The notes under the pieces: model-generated
Databases searched by the model: none
The model's input: the letters and a program-made list of their open reading frames with translations, nothing else
Told to the model about the DNA's origin: nothing
Position numbers and translations under genes: made by a program
In this document: positions 9,442 to 19,724 of the stretch, piece by piece
Layout: each line of letters begins with the position of its first letter
Position numbering within the stretch: position 1 is the stretch's first letter
Assembly: GCA_027492035.1 (NCBI GenBank)
Contig: JAOZFT010000032.1
Location: 7,170-71,169 of the forward strand
Length of the DNA stretch: 64,000 bases
DNA from: Thermoproteota archaeon
Lineage (GTDB): Archaea; Korarchaeota; JAOZGF01; JAOZFZ01
Direction: 5' to 3'

Positions 9442-10503
9442 TTACTTGCCGTTCTTTTCTTTAAAGAGAATGCCCTCCACTTCAAGCAGTCTTTGCATAC
9501 CCTTTACTTCATAGGGGAAGAGGGGGATTTCGATTATTTCTTTCTCTCTTCCAAAATCTTTCCTCAACATTTCTATGTACCTATTTTGCATCTTTTTCCT
9601 TTTGTCAAGGAAGTCACAACCTGTTTCCGGAATTACGTAATTAATTATTATTCTTTCAATGTTTACACCATAGCTTGTGAACTCCTGGATTATTCTTTCT
9701 GTTTGATAAACTCCTAACGCTTCAGGTAAAGTTACAACTATAAACTCTGTTTTTTCTGGGCTTTTTAGGAAGTCAATAACTTTTTCCGCTAACAACCGCC
9801 ACCCCCTAATTATTTCTAATGGCGACCTTTTAGCCTTTCTTAACCCAATAGTTGACCTCAATTTTTCTACGTACCCTTGTAGGGAAACATAAACTTTAGC
9901 AGCTGCTTCTAAATGGTTCAAGAAAACATAAGGTAAACTTAACAGCCTCATAGTATGCCCTGAGGGGGCTGTGTCCCAAATAATGACTTCAAATTCCTTG
10001 TTTTCAATCAATTCAAGTATGTAGTCGAGCATGAATTCCTGGTCAATCCCTGGTGCGCCGGCTATGTAATCAATTATGTTATATTCTACTGGCAGAACTG
10101 TTGACAATGCTTCATACACTTCAGGGCCGAATTTCTTTTTCCACCTTTTTATGACTTCATCAGCTCCTATTTCCACTCCATAAAGGTTGTTTAATTCCTT
10201 TATTTTTGTTTGTTTAGGTCCTATGTTTGTTTCGAAAATATCTGACAGTGAAGGCATCGCATCTGTAGAAATAATCAAGGTCTTCTTTCCTTTTCTTGCA
10301 AAATGAACAGCCGTGACAGCTGCACAAGTAGTTTTGCCTACTCCTCCTTTTCCCCCAAACATTATTACTTTTCTTCCAGCTTTTTCAAGTTCTGAAAGTG
10401 AAGGCAAATTTTTCACCTTTACCCCTTTCCTGAAAGTTAAACTTTGAGGAAAAATTTTAAAAGGGTATTTATTTCTTATGTGCAAGTTTTTAGTAAGAGC
10501 CAA
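9442..10503 (-). CDS. ArsA/Get3-family anion-transporting ATPase
   Basis: P-loop GGKGGVGKTT plus the ArsA signature DTAPSGHTMRLL. Confidence 0.75.
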   Translation of the reverse strand: MALTKNLHIRNKYPFKIFPQSLTFRKGVKVKNLPSLSELEKAGRKVIMFGGKGGVGKTTCAAVTAVHFARKGKKTLIISTDAMPSLSDIFETNIGPKQTKIKELNNLYGVEIGADEVIKRWKKKFGPEVYEALSTVLPVEYNIIDYIAGAPGIDQEFMLDYILELIENKEFEVIIWDTAPSGHTMRLLSLPYVFLNHLEAAAKVYVSLQGYVEKLRSTIGLRKAKRSPLEIIRGWRLLAEKVIDFLKSPEKTEFIVVTLPEALGVYQTERIIQEFTSYGVNIERIIINYVIPETGCDFLDKRKKMQNRYIEMLRKDFGREKEIIEIPLFPYEVKGMQRLLEVEGILFKEKNGK

Positions 10504-10616
10504 AAAAGGGTTTATGCATACTTATTTCCCTTCCTTAAGGCTTAAAAAAAGTAAATTAGTAATGTTTTAAAGAAAAAGTAGTTTCTTCTCTTTCAAGAGA
10601 AAATGATGAGGGGGAG

Positions 10617-11390
10617 GTGCATAGTTTGAATCTTTTAGGTTGGCTTTACTGGTTTACTTTCAATTTTTTCCCGCCAATAATGTTTACAATTGTCATTATA
10701 GGTGTTTTGTTTAGAATAGCTTTGTGGTTCAGGGGCGGGAAAGTTTCTTGGCTGCGTAACAGTATAGGATGGTCGAACGGGAAAGAAAAACTAGTTTTTT
10801 TTGGGAAGTTCATTGTTTATTCACTGGAGGGGTTAATTCTCGACCTGATTTTCTTCCGTAAAATAGCTAAAAGGTCGATTAAATTTTGGGCTGCAGCTTG
10901 GCCCATGCACTTTTCTGCAGGGTTGCTGATTTTAAGCGGCATCCACCATGCAGCCCACACTTACTTCCTTGGTTTCTCTGCGAATAAACCTATAACTCAC
11001 TTGAGTGATATTTTACCTCTTTCACGGGTTGCACCTTTCAATCTTCCTTTTCAAATACCTGGTTTACCAATTCCTCAACTGGTGCAAGTAGTACTTGGAA
11101 TTATTTTTTTTATTGAATTATTTGTTCTCTTAATGAGGCGTTTATTATTTGAGGCGCCTAAACTCATTTCTGAAACAGACAACTATTTCGATTTGGCTAT
11201 TATGATAGTAACTGGTTTTGCTGGGTTAATGAGCGGTTTAGGTGCAGAACCTGTTATTTTTTTCAGAACTCTCCACGGATTATTTGCTCAACTTTACTTC
11301 CTGGCCATACCATTCACTTTTTACACTCACATTTTCGGTGCACCTATAAACCAACTTGTTTTAGCTGCTTACAAAGCTAAGTTTAGTTGA
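10617..11390 (+). CDS. NarI/HdrE/DsrM-like membrane cytochrome b subunit
   Basis: 257-aa 5-6 TM protein with conserved His, overlapping by 4 nt with the downstream CCG-domain Fe-S protein. GTG start is preceded by GGGGGAGGTG. Confidence 0.55.
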   Translation: MHSLNLLGWLYWFTFNFFPPIMFTIVIIGVLFRIALWFRGGKVSWLRNSIGWSNGKEKLVFFGKFIVYSLEGLILDLIFFRKIAKRSIKFWAAAWPMHFSAGLLILSGIHHAAHTYFLGFSANKPITHLSDILPLSRVAPFNLPFQIPGLPIPQLVQVVLGIIFFIELFVLLMRRLLFEAPKLISETDNYFDLAIMIVTGFAGLMSGLGAEPVIFFRTLHGLFAQLYFLAIPFTFYTHIFGAPINQLVLAAYKAKFS

Positions 11391-12700
11391 GGTCGCCTAG
11401 GATGAGTAAAGGGATTTTTATCTCTGTAGATAAAGTATCCAAGGCTCAAATGCTTCAACTGGACATATGTTCACGCTGCGCACTCTGTGCAGAGTATTGT
11501 CCAACATATAACGAAACAAGGGACAAAGTTTTAATACCTGGTGAAAGATCTAAACAGATAATGAGTCTTGTGAAAAAACAAAAAGGACTCCTTACTTTTT
11601 TCACAGGCCCTAAATCTGTCAGTAAAGAAGAATTAAGTGACCTAAATAAAGCAGGGTACCTTTGTACACTCTGCGGCCAATGCACCTACACCTGCCCTAC
11701 CGGCATCCAAACAACTAATCTTTGGTTAACTTTAAGAAATATTTTGTTTGAAGCAGGAGTTTCTCCTCAACCCATGAAAGACTTTTCAAAAATTCTCTCT
11801 GAGAATTATAATTTTCTGGGTCACTCCAATACTGAAAGAGCTGACTGGGTGGATTTCAGGTTGAAATTCAATAAAAGGAAGATTAAGAAACTAGATGAAA
11901 AAAGAAGAAGCGAACTAAGATATGTTGAGTTAAGGAAGGAAGATATATTAAAAAGGGAAGCAGATGTTGTTTATTTTATAGGTTGTAACTCTTCCTTTTT
12001 TAAAGGGTTATCTGGTGCAGCTGACGCAATGGTTCACATCTTGAATGCTGCAGGTGAAAAAGCAACCATTTTGGGTGAAGATGAATGGTGTTGCGGCTAC
12101 CCCTTCCTCTTAGCTGGTAACATAAAAAAATTTGAAGAATTTGTGCGCCATAATTTGGGAGAATTTAAGAAAAGAAAGGCTGATACCGTTGTTTTCACAT
12201 GTGCTGGATGCTACAAAACATTTAAGCATGAGGTACCTGAAATTCTCGGTATAGAATCTAACTTAAATTTTCTACACTCCTCCCAATTAATTGAAATATA
12301 TTTTAAAGAAGGGAAGCTTCCATCTTTGCCCGAAGAGCAGGAAGAGTTAGTGATTACCTACCACGATCCGTGTGACATTGGGAGATATGGTTTAATCTAT
12401 GAAGAGCCCCGTGAAATCCTTAGAAAAGTAAATGTAACCCTTAAAGAAATGCGGGATACAAAAGAAAAAGCCCTTTGCTGCGGTGGAGGAGGATTAATGA
12501 AAGCAGTGAACAAAGAATTAACAAATAAAATAGCTGTCAAAAGAGCTCAGCAGGTGGTGGAAACAAAGGCAAGTAGAGTTTGTTCAGGTTGTCCCTCCTG
12601 CGAATCAACCCTTAAAGAAGGGTTACAGAACCTAGGAGCCAAGGTACGTGTTTTAGACATAACAGAAATAATAGCTGAAAAACTTGGTTTGCTCCCTTAA
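11387..12700 (+). CDS. HdrD/DsrK/GlpC-like Fe-S oxidoreductase with two CCG domains
   Basis: Ferredoxin motifs CSRCALCAEYCP and CTLCGQCTYTCP, followed by CCGYPF and CCGGGG cysteine-rich (CCG) domains. Confidence 0.8.
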   Translation: MRSPRMSKGIFISVDKVSKAQMLQLDICSRCALCAEYCPTYNETRDKVLIPGERSKQIMSLVKKQKGLLTFFTGPKSVSKEELSDLNKAGYLCTLCGQCTYTCPTGIQTTNLWLTLRNILFEAGVSPQPMKDFSKILSENYNFLGHSNTERADWVDFRLKFNKRKIKKLDEKRRSELRYVELRKEDILKREADVVYFIGCNSSFFKGLSGAADAMVHILNAAGEKATILGEDEWCCGYPFLLAGNIKKFEEFVRHNLGEFKKRKADTVVFTCAGCYKTFKHEVPEILGIESNLNFLHSSQLIEIYFKEGKLPSLPEEQEELVITYHDPCDIGRYGLIYEEPREILRKVNVTLKEMRDTKEKALCCGGGGLMKAVNKELTNKIAVKRAQQVVETKASRVCSGCPSCESTLKEGLQNLGAKVRVLDITEIIAEKLGLLP

Positions 12701-12747
12701 TTTAATCCTCCTTTTTTACTTTTTAAAAAAGGGAAGGGAAGTAATTT

Positions 12748-13176
12748 TTATTTTTTCAGTTTTTCAGTTATTTCTCTTTTAATCCATTGTGTTATCTCGT
12801 CTGGTGAGTGGTAAAGATTTTTTAGCTCCTCCTCTAATTTACTGGGTTTTATTACTGCAATCCATCCCTCTCCATATGGGTCTTTGTTAATTAAGGTGGG
12901 ATCATCCTCCAATGCCTCATTTGACTCAACAACTGTTCCTGAAATAGGTGAAATCAATTTCCCAACCCATTTACCGCTTTCCACAGTACCGATTGGCTGT
13001 CCTTGCTCAACTTCATCCCCTTCGAAAGGAGTATCTATGTAAACTAAATTCCCTGCAGCTTTAGCCCCAAAGTCATTATATCCTATCCTCACCTTATCCC
13101 CTTCAACTTTAACCCAACAATGGTCTTTATGGTAATATAACTCCTCTGGAAACTCATACTCATCTACCTTAACCAT
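12748..13176 (-). CDS. gcvH: Glycine-cleavage H-protein-like lipoyl carrier
   Basis: 142 aa with the GcvH fold signature; ESGKWVG places the lipoyl-lysine in the conserved position. Confidence 0.75.
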   Translation of the reverse strand: MVKVDEYEFPEELYYHKDHCWVKVEGDKVRIGYNDFGAKAAGNLVYIDTPFEGDEVEQGQPIGTVESGKWVGKLISPISGTVVESNEALEDDPTLINKDPYGEGWIAVIKPSKLEEELKNLYHSPDEITQWIKREITEKLKK

Positions 13177-13710
13177 TTTCTTTAACCTCCAAACCTATAG
13201 ATTCACAGATATTTGCTTCCTTTCAAAAAGGAAAGAAGGTAAAGGCTTTTTACACAGGGAAGTAATTTCATTAATTTAAATGTTACTAATTATTCACACC
13301 ACTTAAATGTATTCACTAGGTTTTCAAACATGTTCAGGAAAATGGAAATTTTAAACAGGAAAAGTTTATACTGAGGGAAACATGTCGAAACATCTTTTTT
13401 AAATTAAAAATATGAAGAACTATGTTAAAATGGAATTTATTACGCGTAAAAAGTATATAAAAGTAAGTGCTTTATTTAAAAACTTTTACCTAACTTCTGC
13501 GGTTCCTGTGGATATTACAAAAGTAGTTGGAGCAATTTCAATTTGAAAATTTATTTCTTCCTTAATCGTTGATTGTCGAATTGAGAAACAGCGAAAACAG
13601 TAAAATTTAAATTCCCCAGCCTCATCAAGGGGACGCAAACAAAAATTCCTTTCTAGAAATAAAAGAAAATTATTAAAAAGGAATTGTTTAAATTGAAAGA
13701 AAAGGTTTAG

Positions 13711-14316
13711 GTGATAAAGGGAATGACGGCTGAAACCGTAGAAGTTACGCCTACTGGAGCAAAAATATTAGCTGTGGTAATGATTCCAGCCATTGCTGTT
13801 CTGAACTATGTGACAGGGGTTGTTGTGGAAATACTTAAACTCCCCGTATGGGGGGACACATGGGCTACAATGTTCGGTACCCTTGTTTCAGGAGTAGTGG
13901 TAGGTGCGATTGGTGGTTTCCTCTATAACATAGTCATGGCTATGACCTTATGGGGATTACCTGCTTGGGTCTGGGGACTATGCAACATTGCAATTGCTTT
14001 GTTCAGCTGGTTATTCATAAAAGTTGGTTGGGCTGACCTTAAAAAGCCACTAAAACTAATTCCAGCATTCCTCACGCTAGGGTTTATTTATCCAATTCTT
14101 TGTACAATAATAGGGATTGTGATGTATGGTCCAGGGCCTGTTGCAAAACCTCAAGCTGCTGTTTACTATGCAGTGGAAGCAGCTACTAAAAATCTTTATT
14201 TAGCCACATATATTCAGAACGTAAGCGTGGAAATAATTGATAAAAGCATTTCTTGGGTTATTTCCCTAGCTATAGCTTCAGCAGTACCTAAAAAGTTCAT
14301 TTTGGCCAAGCGATAA
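13711..14316 (+). CDS. Putative ECF-transporter substrate-specific (S) component
   Basis: 201-aa 5-6 TM protein with a GxxxG-rich helix (GVVVGAIGGFLYN), immediately upstream of EcfT and EcfAA'. Confidence 0.45.
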   Translation: MIKGMTAETVEVTPTGAKILAVVMIPAIAVLNYVTGVVVEILKLPVWGDTWATMFGTLVSGVVVGAIGGFLYNIVMAMTLWGLPAWVWGLCNIAIALFSWLFIKVGWADLKKPLKLIPAFLTLGFIYPILCTIIGIVMYGPGPVAKPQAAVYYAVEAATKNLYLATYIQNVSVEIIDKSISWVISLAIASAVPKKFILAKR

Positions 14317-14394
14317 ATTTATATAATTTCTTTTTCTCCTTTTTTTCTTTTAAAAATAAGCCACAATAGTTTTTGGTGTAGGGGGAGGATTTTT

Positions 14395-15261
14395 TTGAGT
14401 TCTCTTGGTTCAACCATTTTGCGTAAAAGTTACACGGTTGGAAACACTTTTTTCCATAGAGCTGATGGGAGAACTAAATTTATTTTCTTTTTCTGGATCT
14501 CTATTTTGGCTTATATTTTCCATGATTTAATAATTAACACTTTTTTCATCGTTACATGTTTAGTTTTTGTTGCGATTGCTAAGTTAAAGAAACAAATTTA
14601 TTTGACTGCTGCAGTTGTTGTTATACCTCTTATGATTCTTTATTCCTTTGCTTGGGGTTTGCCCCAGCTTGGTTTCAATAAAACAGTTCTTTTTACATTT
14701 AATTTCTTCGGACGACATGTAACTTTTTATTTTGAAGGGTTAGCGGCAGCTTACATTTTCCCTTCAAGGATAGGTACAACTATAATGGCAGCCATGCTTT
14801 TTTACCTCACAACTAAACCTTCTGAAATGGTTTCTATGCTTATGAAATTCAGGTTCCCCTACAAATTTGTTTATGGAGTGGCTGCTACTTTTCAACTCAT
14901 CCCGATAACTGTTGATGAGGTATCAACGATTTTTCAGGCTCAGACTTCGAGAGGAATGAATGTAGAAGTAGGTTTACTTGCGAAGTTTAAGAATTTCTTG
15001 GCTGTTATTGTGCCGCTTACTCTCGGTACAATAAATAAGGTCCAAACAAGGGCTATAACCTTGGAGTCTAGGGGTTTTAGTGCTCCAGTGAAGAAAACAA
15101 TACTCTATGAGATTAAGTTTAAGAAAGAGGATTATCTATTGTTTGTTGGAATGTTTATTGCCTCTGCTATTCTGTTTTACCTTTATTTTGTTTATGCTCC
15201 CTCAGTTGGTCACTATATGCATTCACCATTCTCAAATCTTCAGTACTTCATTGGAAGTTGA
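14395..15261 (+). CDS. ecfT: ECF transporter transmembrane component EcfT (CbiQ family)
   Basis: Polytopic protein with the C-terminal QTRAITLESRGF motif, which matches the CbiQ/EcfT coupling motif (A-R-x-x-E-x-R-G). Confidence 0.7.
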   Translation: MSSLGSTILRKSYTVGNTFFHRADGRTKFIFFFWISILAYIFHDLIINTFFIVTCLVFVAIAKLKKQIYLTAAVVVIPLMILYSFAWGLPQLGFNKTVLFTFNFFGRHVTFYFEGLAAAYIFPSRIGTTIMAAMLFYLTTKPSEMVSMLMKFRFPYKFVYGVAATFQLIPITVDEVSTIFQAQTSRGMNVEVGLLAKFKNFLAVIVPLTLGTINKVQTRAITLESRGFSAPVKKTILYEIKFKKEDYLLFVGMFIASAILFYLYFVYAPSVGHYMHSPFSNLQYFIGS

Positions 15262-15275
15262 AAACGTGAAAGAGG

Positions 15276-16295
15276 ATGGCTAAAGAGCCTAAGAAAGTTA
15301 TTTTGGATGTTGATACAGGAATAGATGACGCTGTAGCCATTACCTTAGCTGTTAGATCTCCTGAAATAAATGTTATAGGGATAACTACTGTAGCCGGTAA
15401 TGCAACTGTTAATAATACAACAAGAAACACTTTAAGAATGCTTGAGTTCCTAGATAAAACAGGTATTCCTGTTGCTAAAGGAATGCCGAGACCTATTCTA
15501 GGTGAACTTAAAGTTGCTGAAATGGTTCATGGGAAAGATGGTTTAGGAGATGTTGATTTGCCTGACCCTAAAATTAAACCTATTAATAAACATGCTATGG
15601 ATTTCTTAATTGATAAGGTTTATAGTTACAGAAAGGGGGAAGTTAACATTGTAGCCACCGGGCCTTTAACCAATATTGCAATGGCTTTTTTGAAAGATCC
15701 TGACTTGCCTGGTAAAATAGGGCAAATTGTTTCAATGGGTGGGGCTTTCGGTGTCACAGTGTATGGTTACGGTAACGACACTCCTGTGGCTGAATTTAAT
15801 ATTTACACCGACCCTGTAGCAGCTAAAATTGTTTATAATTCTGGTGTAAATTTAACTTCTTTTGGTTTAGATGTTACAATGACTCCTGAGGCAGGTTTCA
15901 CCCGTGAAATGTATAATAACTTAGCCAGAATCAATACGAAAACAGCTAATTTGTTTCATGAAATGTTTAGGGGTTTGATAGAGTTTTCAGACCCTATAGC
16001 TATGCATGACCCCATGGCTGTTTCTTACTTAATCGATTCTTCAATTTTCAAGGTTGAGAAGTACCATGTTGACGTGGAAATTTTTGGTGAATTAACTAGG
16101 GGGCAAACTGTGGCTGACAGGAGGTTTTGGTTTAAAGAAACTGTTGAAAAGTTTTTAAAGAAACCTTTACCCGAAGAATTGAAGAACACATTAAGAAACA
16201 TGGTTAAAGAACCAAACGTTAATGTTTGTGTAGATTTAGACTCTAAAAAATTTCTCGATTTACTTCTCAAAAGAACAATTTATGAAAAAGTTTGA
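15276..16295 (+). CDS. Inosine-uridine-preferring nucleoside hydrolase family protein
   Basis: N-terminal DVDTGIDDA (the DxDxxxDD Ca-binding signature of IU-NH), 339 aa. Confidence 0.85.
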   Translation: MAKEPKKVILDVDTGIDDAVAITLAVRSPEINVIGITTVAGNATVNNTTRNTLRMLEFLDKTGIPVAKGMPRPILGELKVAEMVHGKDGLGDVDLPDPKIKPINKHAMDFLIDKVYSYRKGEVNIVATGPLTNIAMAFLKDPDLPGKIGQIVSMGGAFGVTVYGYGNDTPVAEFNIYTDPVAAKIVYNSGVNLTSFGLDVTMTPEAGFTREMYNNLARINTKTANLFHEMFRGLIEFSDPIAMHDPMAVSYLIDSSIFKVEKYHVDVEIFGELTRGQTVADRRFWFKETVEKFLKKPLPEELKNTLRNMVKEPNVNVCVDLDSKKFLDLLLKRTIYEKV

Positions 16296-16298
16296 AAG

Positions 16299-17195
16299 GT
16301 GTTTTTTGTTATGGGTAATGAAACAAAAAAAGCCGGTGAAGAAAATGTTGTAGTGGTTGAGAACTACTCCTATTCATACCCTACCAAGAAAAACGTTATC
16401 CAAAACATTTCATTCACTGTGAAAAAGGGGGAAGTGTTGGGTATTATAGGACCCAATGGTGCAGGTAAATCAACCCTCTGTAAAACATTAAACGGTTTGG
16501 TTCCTCACTTTTATGGAGGATTTTTTGGAGGAAACGTTACAGTTGCAGGGATGGAAGTCCTTAAACATACAACTGCTGAACTCTCCACCAAAGTTGGTTT
16601 AGTTTTTCAGGATCCTGAAAGCCAAATTTCAGGAATGATGATGACGGTTTGGGAAGAGGTGGGGTTTGGTTTATCCATGCTTGGTTTCCCAAGAGAGGAA
16701 GTAGATGAGAGAGTGAATGACGCAATAAAGAAGGTCGGCTTAGAAGGGTTAGAGAAAAGATCCCCCTTTGAGTTATCTGGCGGCCAACAACAGAGGCTTG
16801 CTATAGCTACAGTTTTAGCTATCAAACCTGAAATAATGGTTTTGGATGAACCTACTGCTCAACTGGATCCCATTGGCAAATACGAAGTTTTTAAAGTAAT
16901 TGAAGACCTTACACTGGAAGGATTAACAACTATTGTGGTTGAACATGAAATAGAGGAGCTTGCGCATTTTGCAGATAATATTATCCTTCTACATGAAGGA
17001 AAAATACTTTCTTATGGAAAAGCCAAAAAGGTTTTAACAGAAGTTGAAAAATTAAAAGCAATAGGTGAGGACCCCCCTTCAGTTACGGAACTAACTTACT
17101 TATTGGATAAAGAACTTGATTTAAGTCTCGTCAACTACCCAATAACTCTAGATGAAGCAATAAAAATTTACAAAGAGTTAATGGTGAGTTCATGA
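16299..17195 (+). CDS. ecfA: ECF transporter ATPase EcfA
   Basis: Walker A GPNGAGKST, ABC signature LSGGQQQR, Walker B VLDEPT. Confidence 0.8.
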   Translation: MFFVMGNETKKAGEENVVVVENYSYSYPTKKNVIQNISFTVKKGEVLGIIGPNGAGKSTLCKTLNGLVPHFYGGFFGGNVTVAGMEVLKHTTAELSTKVGLVFQDPESQISGMMMTVWEEVGFGLSMLGFPREEVDERVNDAIKKVGLEGLEKRSPFELSGGQQQRLAIATVLAIKPEIMVLDEPTAQLDPIGKYEVFKVIEDLTLEGLTTIVVEHEIEELAHFADNIILLHEGKILSYGKAKKVLTEVEKLKAIGEDPPSVTELTYLLDKELDLSLVNYPITLDEAIKIYKELMVSS

Positions 17196-18019
17196 AAGAA
17201 AAAATAATAGAAACCAAGAACCTTTGGTTCTCTTACAGCCCAGAAGTCACAGCTTTAAGGAACATAAACTTGGAAATTTATAAGGGTGAATTAATAGCTT
17301 TAATTGGTCAAAACGGAGGTGGAAAAACGACCCTGGCTAAACATTTCAATGGTTTATTGAAGCCAACGAAAGGCGATGTATACGTTAAGGGCCAAAACAC
17401 TAAAGATGTCCCTGCAAACAGGTTAGCCTTAACTGTGGGCTACGTTTTTCAAAACCCAGCTCACCAGATTTTTACAAGCAAAGTCTATGATGAGGTAGCT
17501 TATGGTGCAAGAAATGAAGGTTTGAATGAAGAAGAAGTTAAAGAAAGGGTGGAATATGCCTTAGAGGAAGTAGGGTTAATAGGTTATGAAGATTGGCACC
17601 CTTACGACTTAGACTATGGAAAAATGAAGCTTTTAACTGTTGCCTCCATCATTTCAATGAAACCTGAGGTTTATGTTTTAGATGAACCCACAACTGGACA
17701 AGATCATAAAGGAAGAAGAGTCCTAGCTGACTTAGTAATTAAATTAAACAAGGAAGGAAACACTGTGATAGTAATTACACATGATATGAAGTTTGTTGCT
17801 AGAACGGCTAAAAGAACGATACTGCTTGCAAACGGTGAAGTAATAAAGGATGGAGCTACAAATGAAGTATTGCATGATCTTGAAACACTTAAGAAGGCAA
17901 TGATTAAACCTCCTCAAGTAGTGCAACTAGCCTACTCTCTAAAATCATACGGGGTCCCCACAAACATTTTAACGATAGATGATGCCTTTAATTCTTTTAA
18001 GAAATTAATAAATAGGTAG
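17192..18019 (+). CDS. ECF transporter ATPase EcfA'
   Basis: Walker A GQNGGGKTT, Walker B VLDEPTTGQD; overlaps the preceding ATPase gene by 4 nt. Confidence 0.8.
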   Translation: MKEKIIETKNLWFSYSPEVTALRNINLEIYKGELIALIGQNGGGKTTLAKHFNGLLKPTKGDVYVKGQNTKDVPANRLALTVGYVFQNPAHQIFTSKVYDEVAYGARNEGLNEEEVKERVEYALEEVGLIGYEDWHPYDLDYGKMKLLTVASIISMKPEVYVLDEPTTGQDHKGRRVLADLVIKLNKEGNTVIVITHDMKFVARTAKRTILLANGEVIKDGATNEVLHDLETLKKAMIKPPQVVQLAYSLKSYGVPTNILTIDDAFNSFKKLINR

Positions 18020-18299
18020 GAAGACAAATTTTTTAGGATGTGCTGTTTCTTAAATGAAGTCTTTTTTCATGTTTTTTGATTTTAGTGAAACAGAGAATGG
18101 GAATGAATGTTTCTTCGGTTTCTTAGCTTTAACGGTCTATGCTTTGTTTTTTCAGTAAATTTTACATTTTCTTATCCTTTGATTTTTTTAAAAGGGTAAA
18201 TTTTAAATTTCTCTTTCAATTCACTCGTATCGGAGAAAATCAAATTTAATCGCTTATCTCTCCTCACCTTTAAAAGCCTAATGGTACATTTACTAGAAC

Positions 18300-18719
18300 A
18301 TGGGGTTGTTTATGATGGCTGAAAAGATAAGGGTTTTATTGGCTAAACCTGGACTTGACGGGCATGATAGGGGAATAAAAGTTGTAGCTAGGGCTTTAAG
18401 GGACAGCGGAATGGAAGTAATTTATCTAGGAATAAGGAACACACCTGAACAAATAGTTGAAACAGCCATTCAAGAAGATGTGGATGTAATAGGTTTAAGC
18501 ATTCTTTCCGGTTCTCACATGTACCATTTCCCAAGAATTTTACAGCTTCTTAAAGAAAGGAAAGCTGAAGACATAGTGGTGATAGGTGGAGGGATAATAC
18601 CTCAGGAAGACAAGGAAAAACTAGAAAAAATGGGAGTTAAAGCAATTTTTGGACCTGGAACCTCAACTCAAGAAATAATAAAGAAAATTAAGGAACTAAT
18701 AGGGAATAAGAAAAACTAA
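18300..18719 (+). CDS. Methylmalonyl-CoA mutase B12-binding (small) subunit
   Basis: Cobalamin-binding DxHxxG motif (DGHDRG) and a Rossmann-like domain, 139 aa. Confidence 0.85.
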   Translation: MGLFMMAEKIRVLLAKPGLDGHDRGIKVVARALRDSGMEVIYLGIRNTPEQIVETAIQEDVDVIGLSILSGSHMYHFPRILQLLKERKAEDIVVIGGGIIPQEDKEKLEKMGVKAIFGPGTSTQEIIKKIKELIGNKKN

Positions 18720-18740
18720 AGGGATACTTAAGGTGTCATA

Positions 18741-19682
18741 ATGGGTTTGGTTGAAGACATGCTTAAAGGAGATAAGAGAGCCCTCTCTAGAGTCATTACT
18801 TTAGTGGAAAACAACTCTCAAAATTGTGAAGAGATACTCTCCAAACTTTACCCTCACACAGGTAACTCCCAAATCATAGGGGTTACCGGTCCACCTGGAA
18901 GTGGTAAATCTACTTTAATTAATCACTTAGTAAGAGAATTTGTGAGGAAGGGATATAAAGTAGGAGTTCTTGCAATTGATCCTTCAAGTGAATTCACGGG
19001 AGGGGCCTTGCTTGGTGACAGAATAAGGATGCTGGAAGTTTCTTTAGACAGTAACGTGTTTATTAGGAGTATGGGTACTAGAGGTACTCTTGGAGGTATT
19101 TCAAGAAAAACAAAGGAGGTTGTGAGGGTTTTAGAAGCATTTGGGAAAGATAAAATAATAATTGAAACCATAGGTGCTGGCCAAAGCGACATTGAAATAA
19201 CTAGAACAGCCCACACGGTTATAGTTGTCTTAACCCCTGAAACTGGGGATGATGTCCAAGTTTTAAAGGCAGGAATAATGGAGATTGGAGACATATACGT
19301 GGTAAACAAGGCCGACATAGGGAATGCTGAGTTTATGGTTGAAGAAATAAAGGCTTTAATTGCCAGTAAATCCAGTAACGTAAGTAAAGAATGGACTGCC
19401 CCAGTTATTAAAGCTTCAGCTAAAAAGAAGGAAGGAATAAGAGAATTAGTTGAGCAGGTAGAGAAACATTGGAATTACCTTAAAGTTTCAGGTGAAATTA
19501 ATAAACTAGAGGAAAGAAGAGTTAAAAATGAAGTAGTAGATACTTTAAACAGGAAAATCTCAAATTACCTACTTTCTAAACTGGAATCTGAATTCGGTAA
19601 AGAAATTTTTGATGAGATTTTAAAACGGAAAGAATCCCCTTACTCTGTAGTTAATCGTTTAATAAAGAAATTTCTTTGTTAA
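18741..19682 (+). CDS. meaB: MeaB/ArgK-family G-protein chaperone for the B12 mutase
   Basis: P-loop GVTGPPGSGKST, NKAD G4 motif, 313 aa; adjacent to the mutase genes. Confidence 0.85.
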   Translation: MGLVEDMLKGDKRALSRVITLVENNSQNCEEILSKLYPHTGNSQIIGVTGPPGSGKSTLINHLVREFVRKGYKVGVLAIDPSSEFTGGALLGDRIRMLEVSLDSNVFIRSMGTRGTLGGISRKTKEVVRVLEAFGKDKIIIETIGAGQSDIEITRTAHTVIVVLTPETGDDVQVLKAGIMEIGDIYVVNKADIGNAEFMVEEIKALIASKSSNVSKEWTAPVIKASAKKKEGIRELVEQVEKHWNYLKVSGEINKLEERRVKNEVVDTLNRKISNYLLSKLESEFGKEIFDEILKRKESPYSVVNRLIKKFLC

Positions 19683-19724
19683 ATTTTAGACAATTAATAA
19701 GTTAAATTTGCCTTTTTTCTCAAA

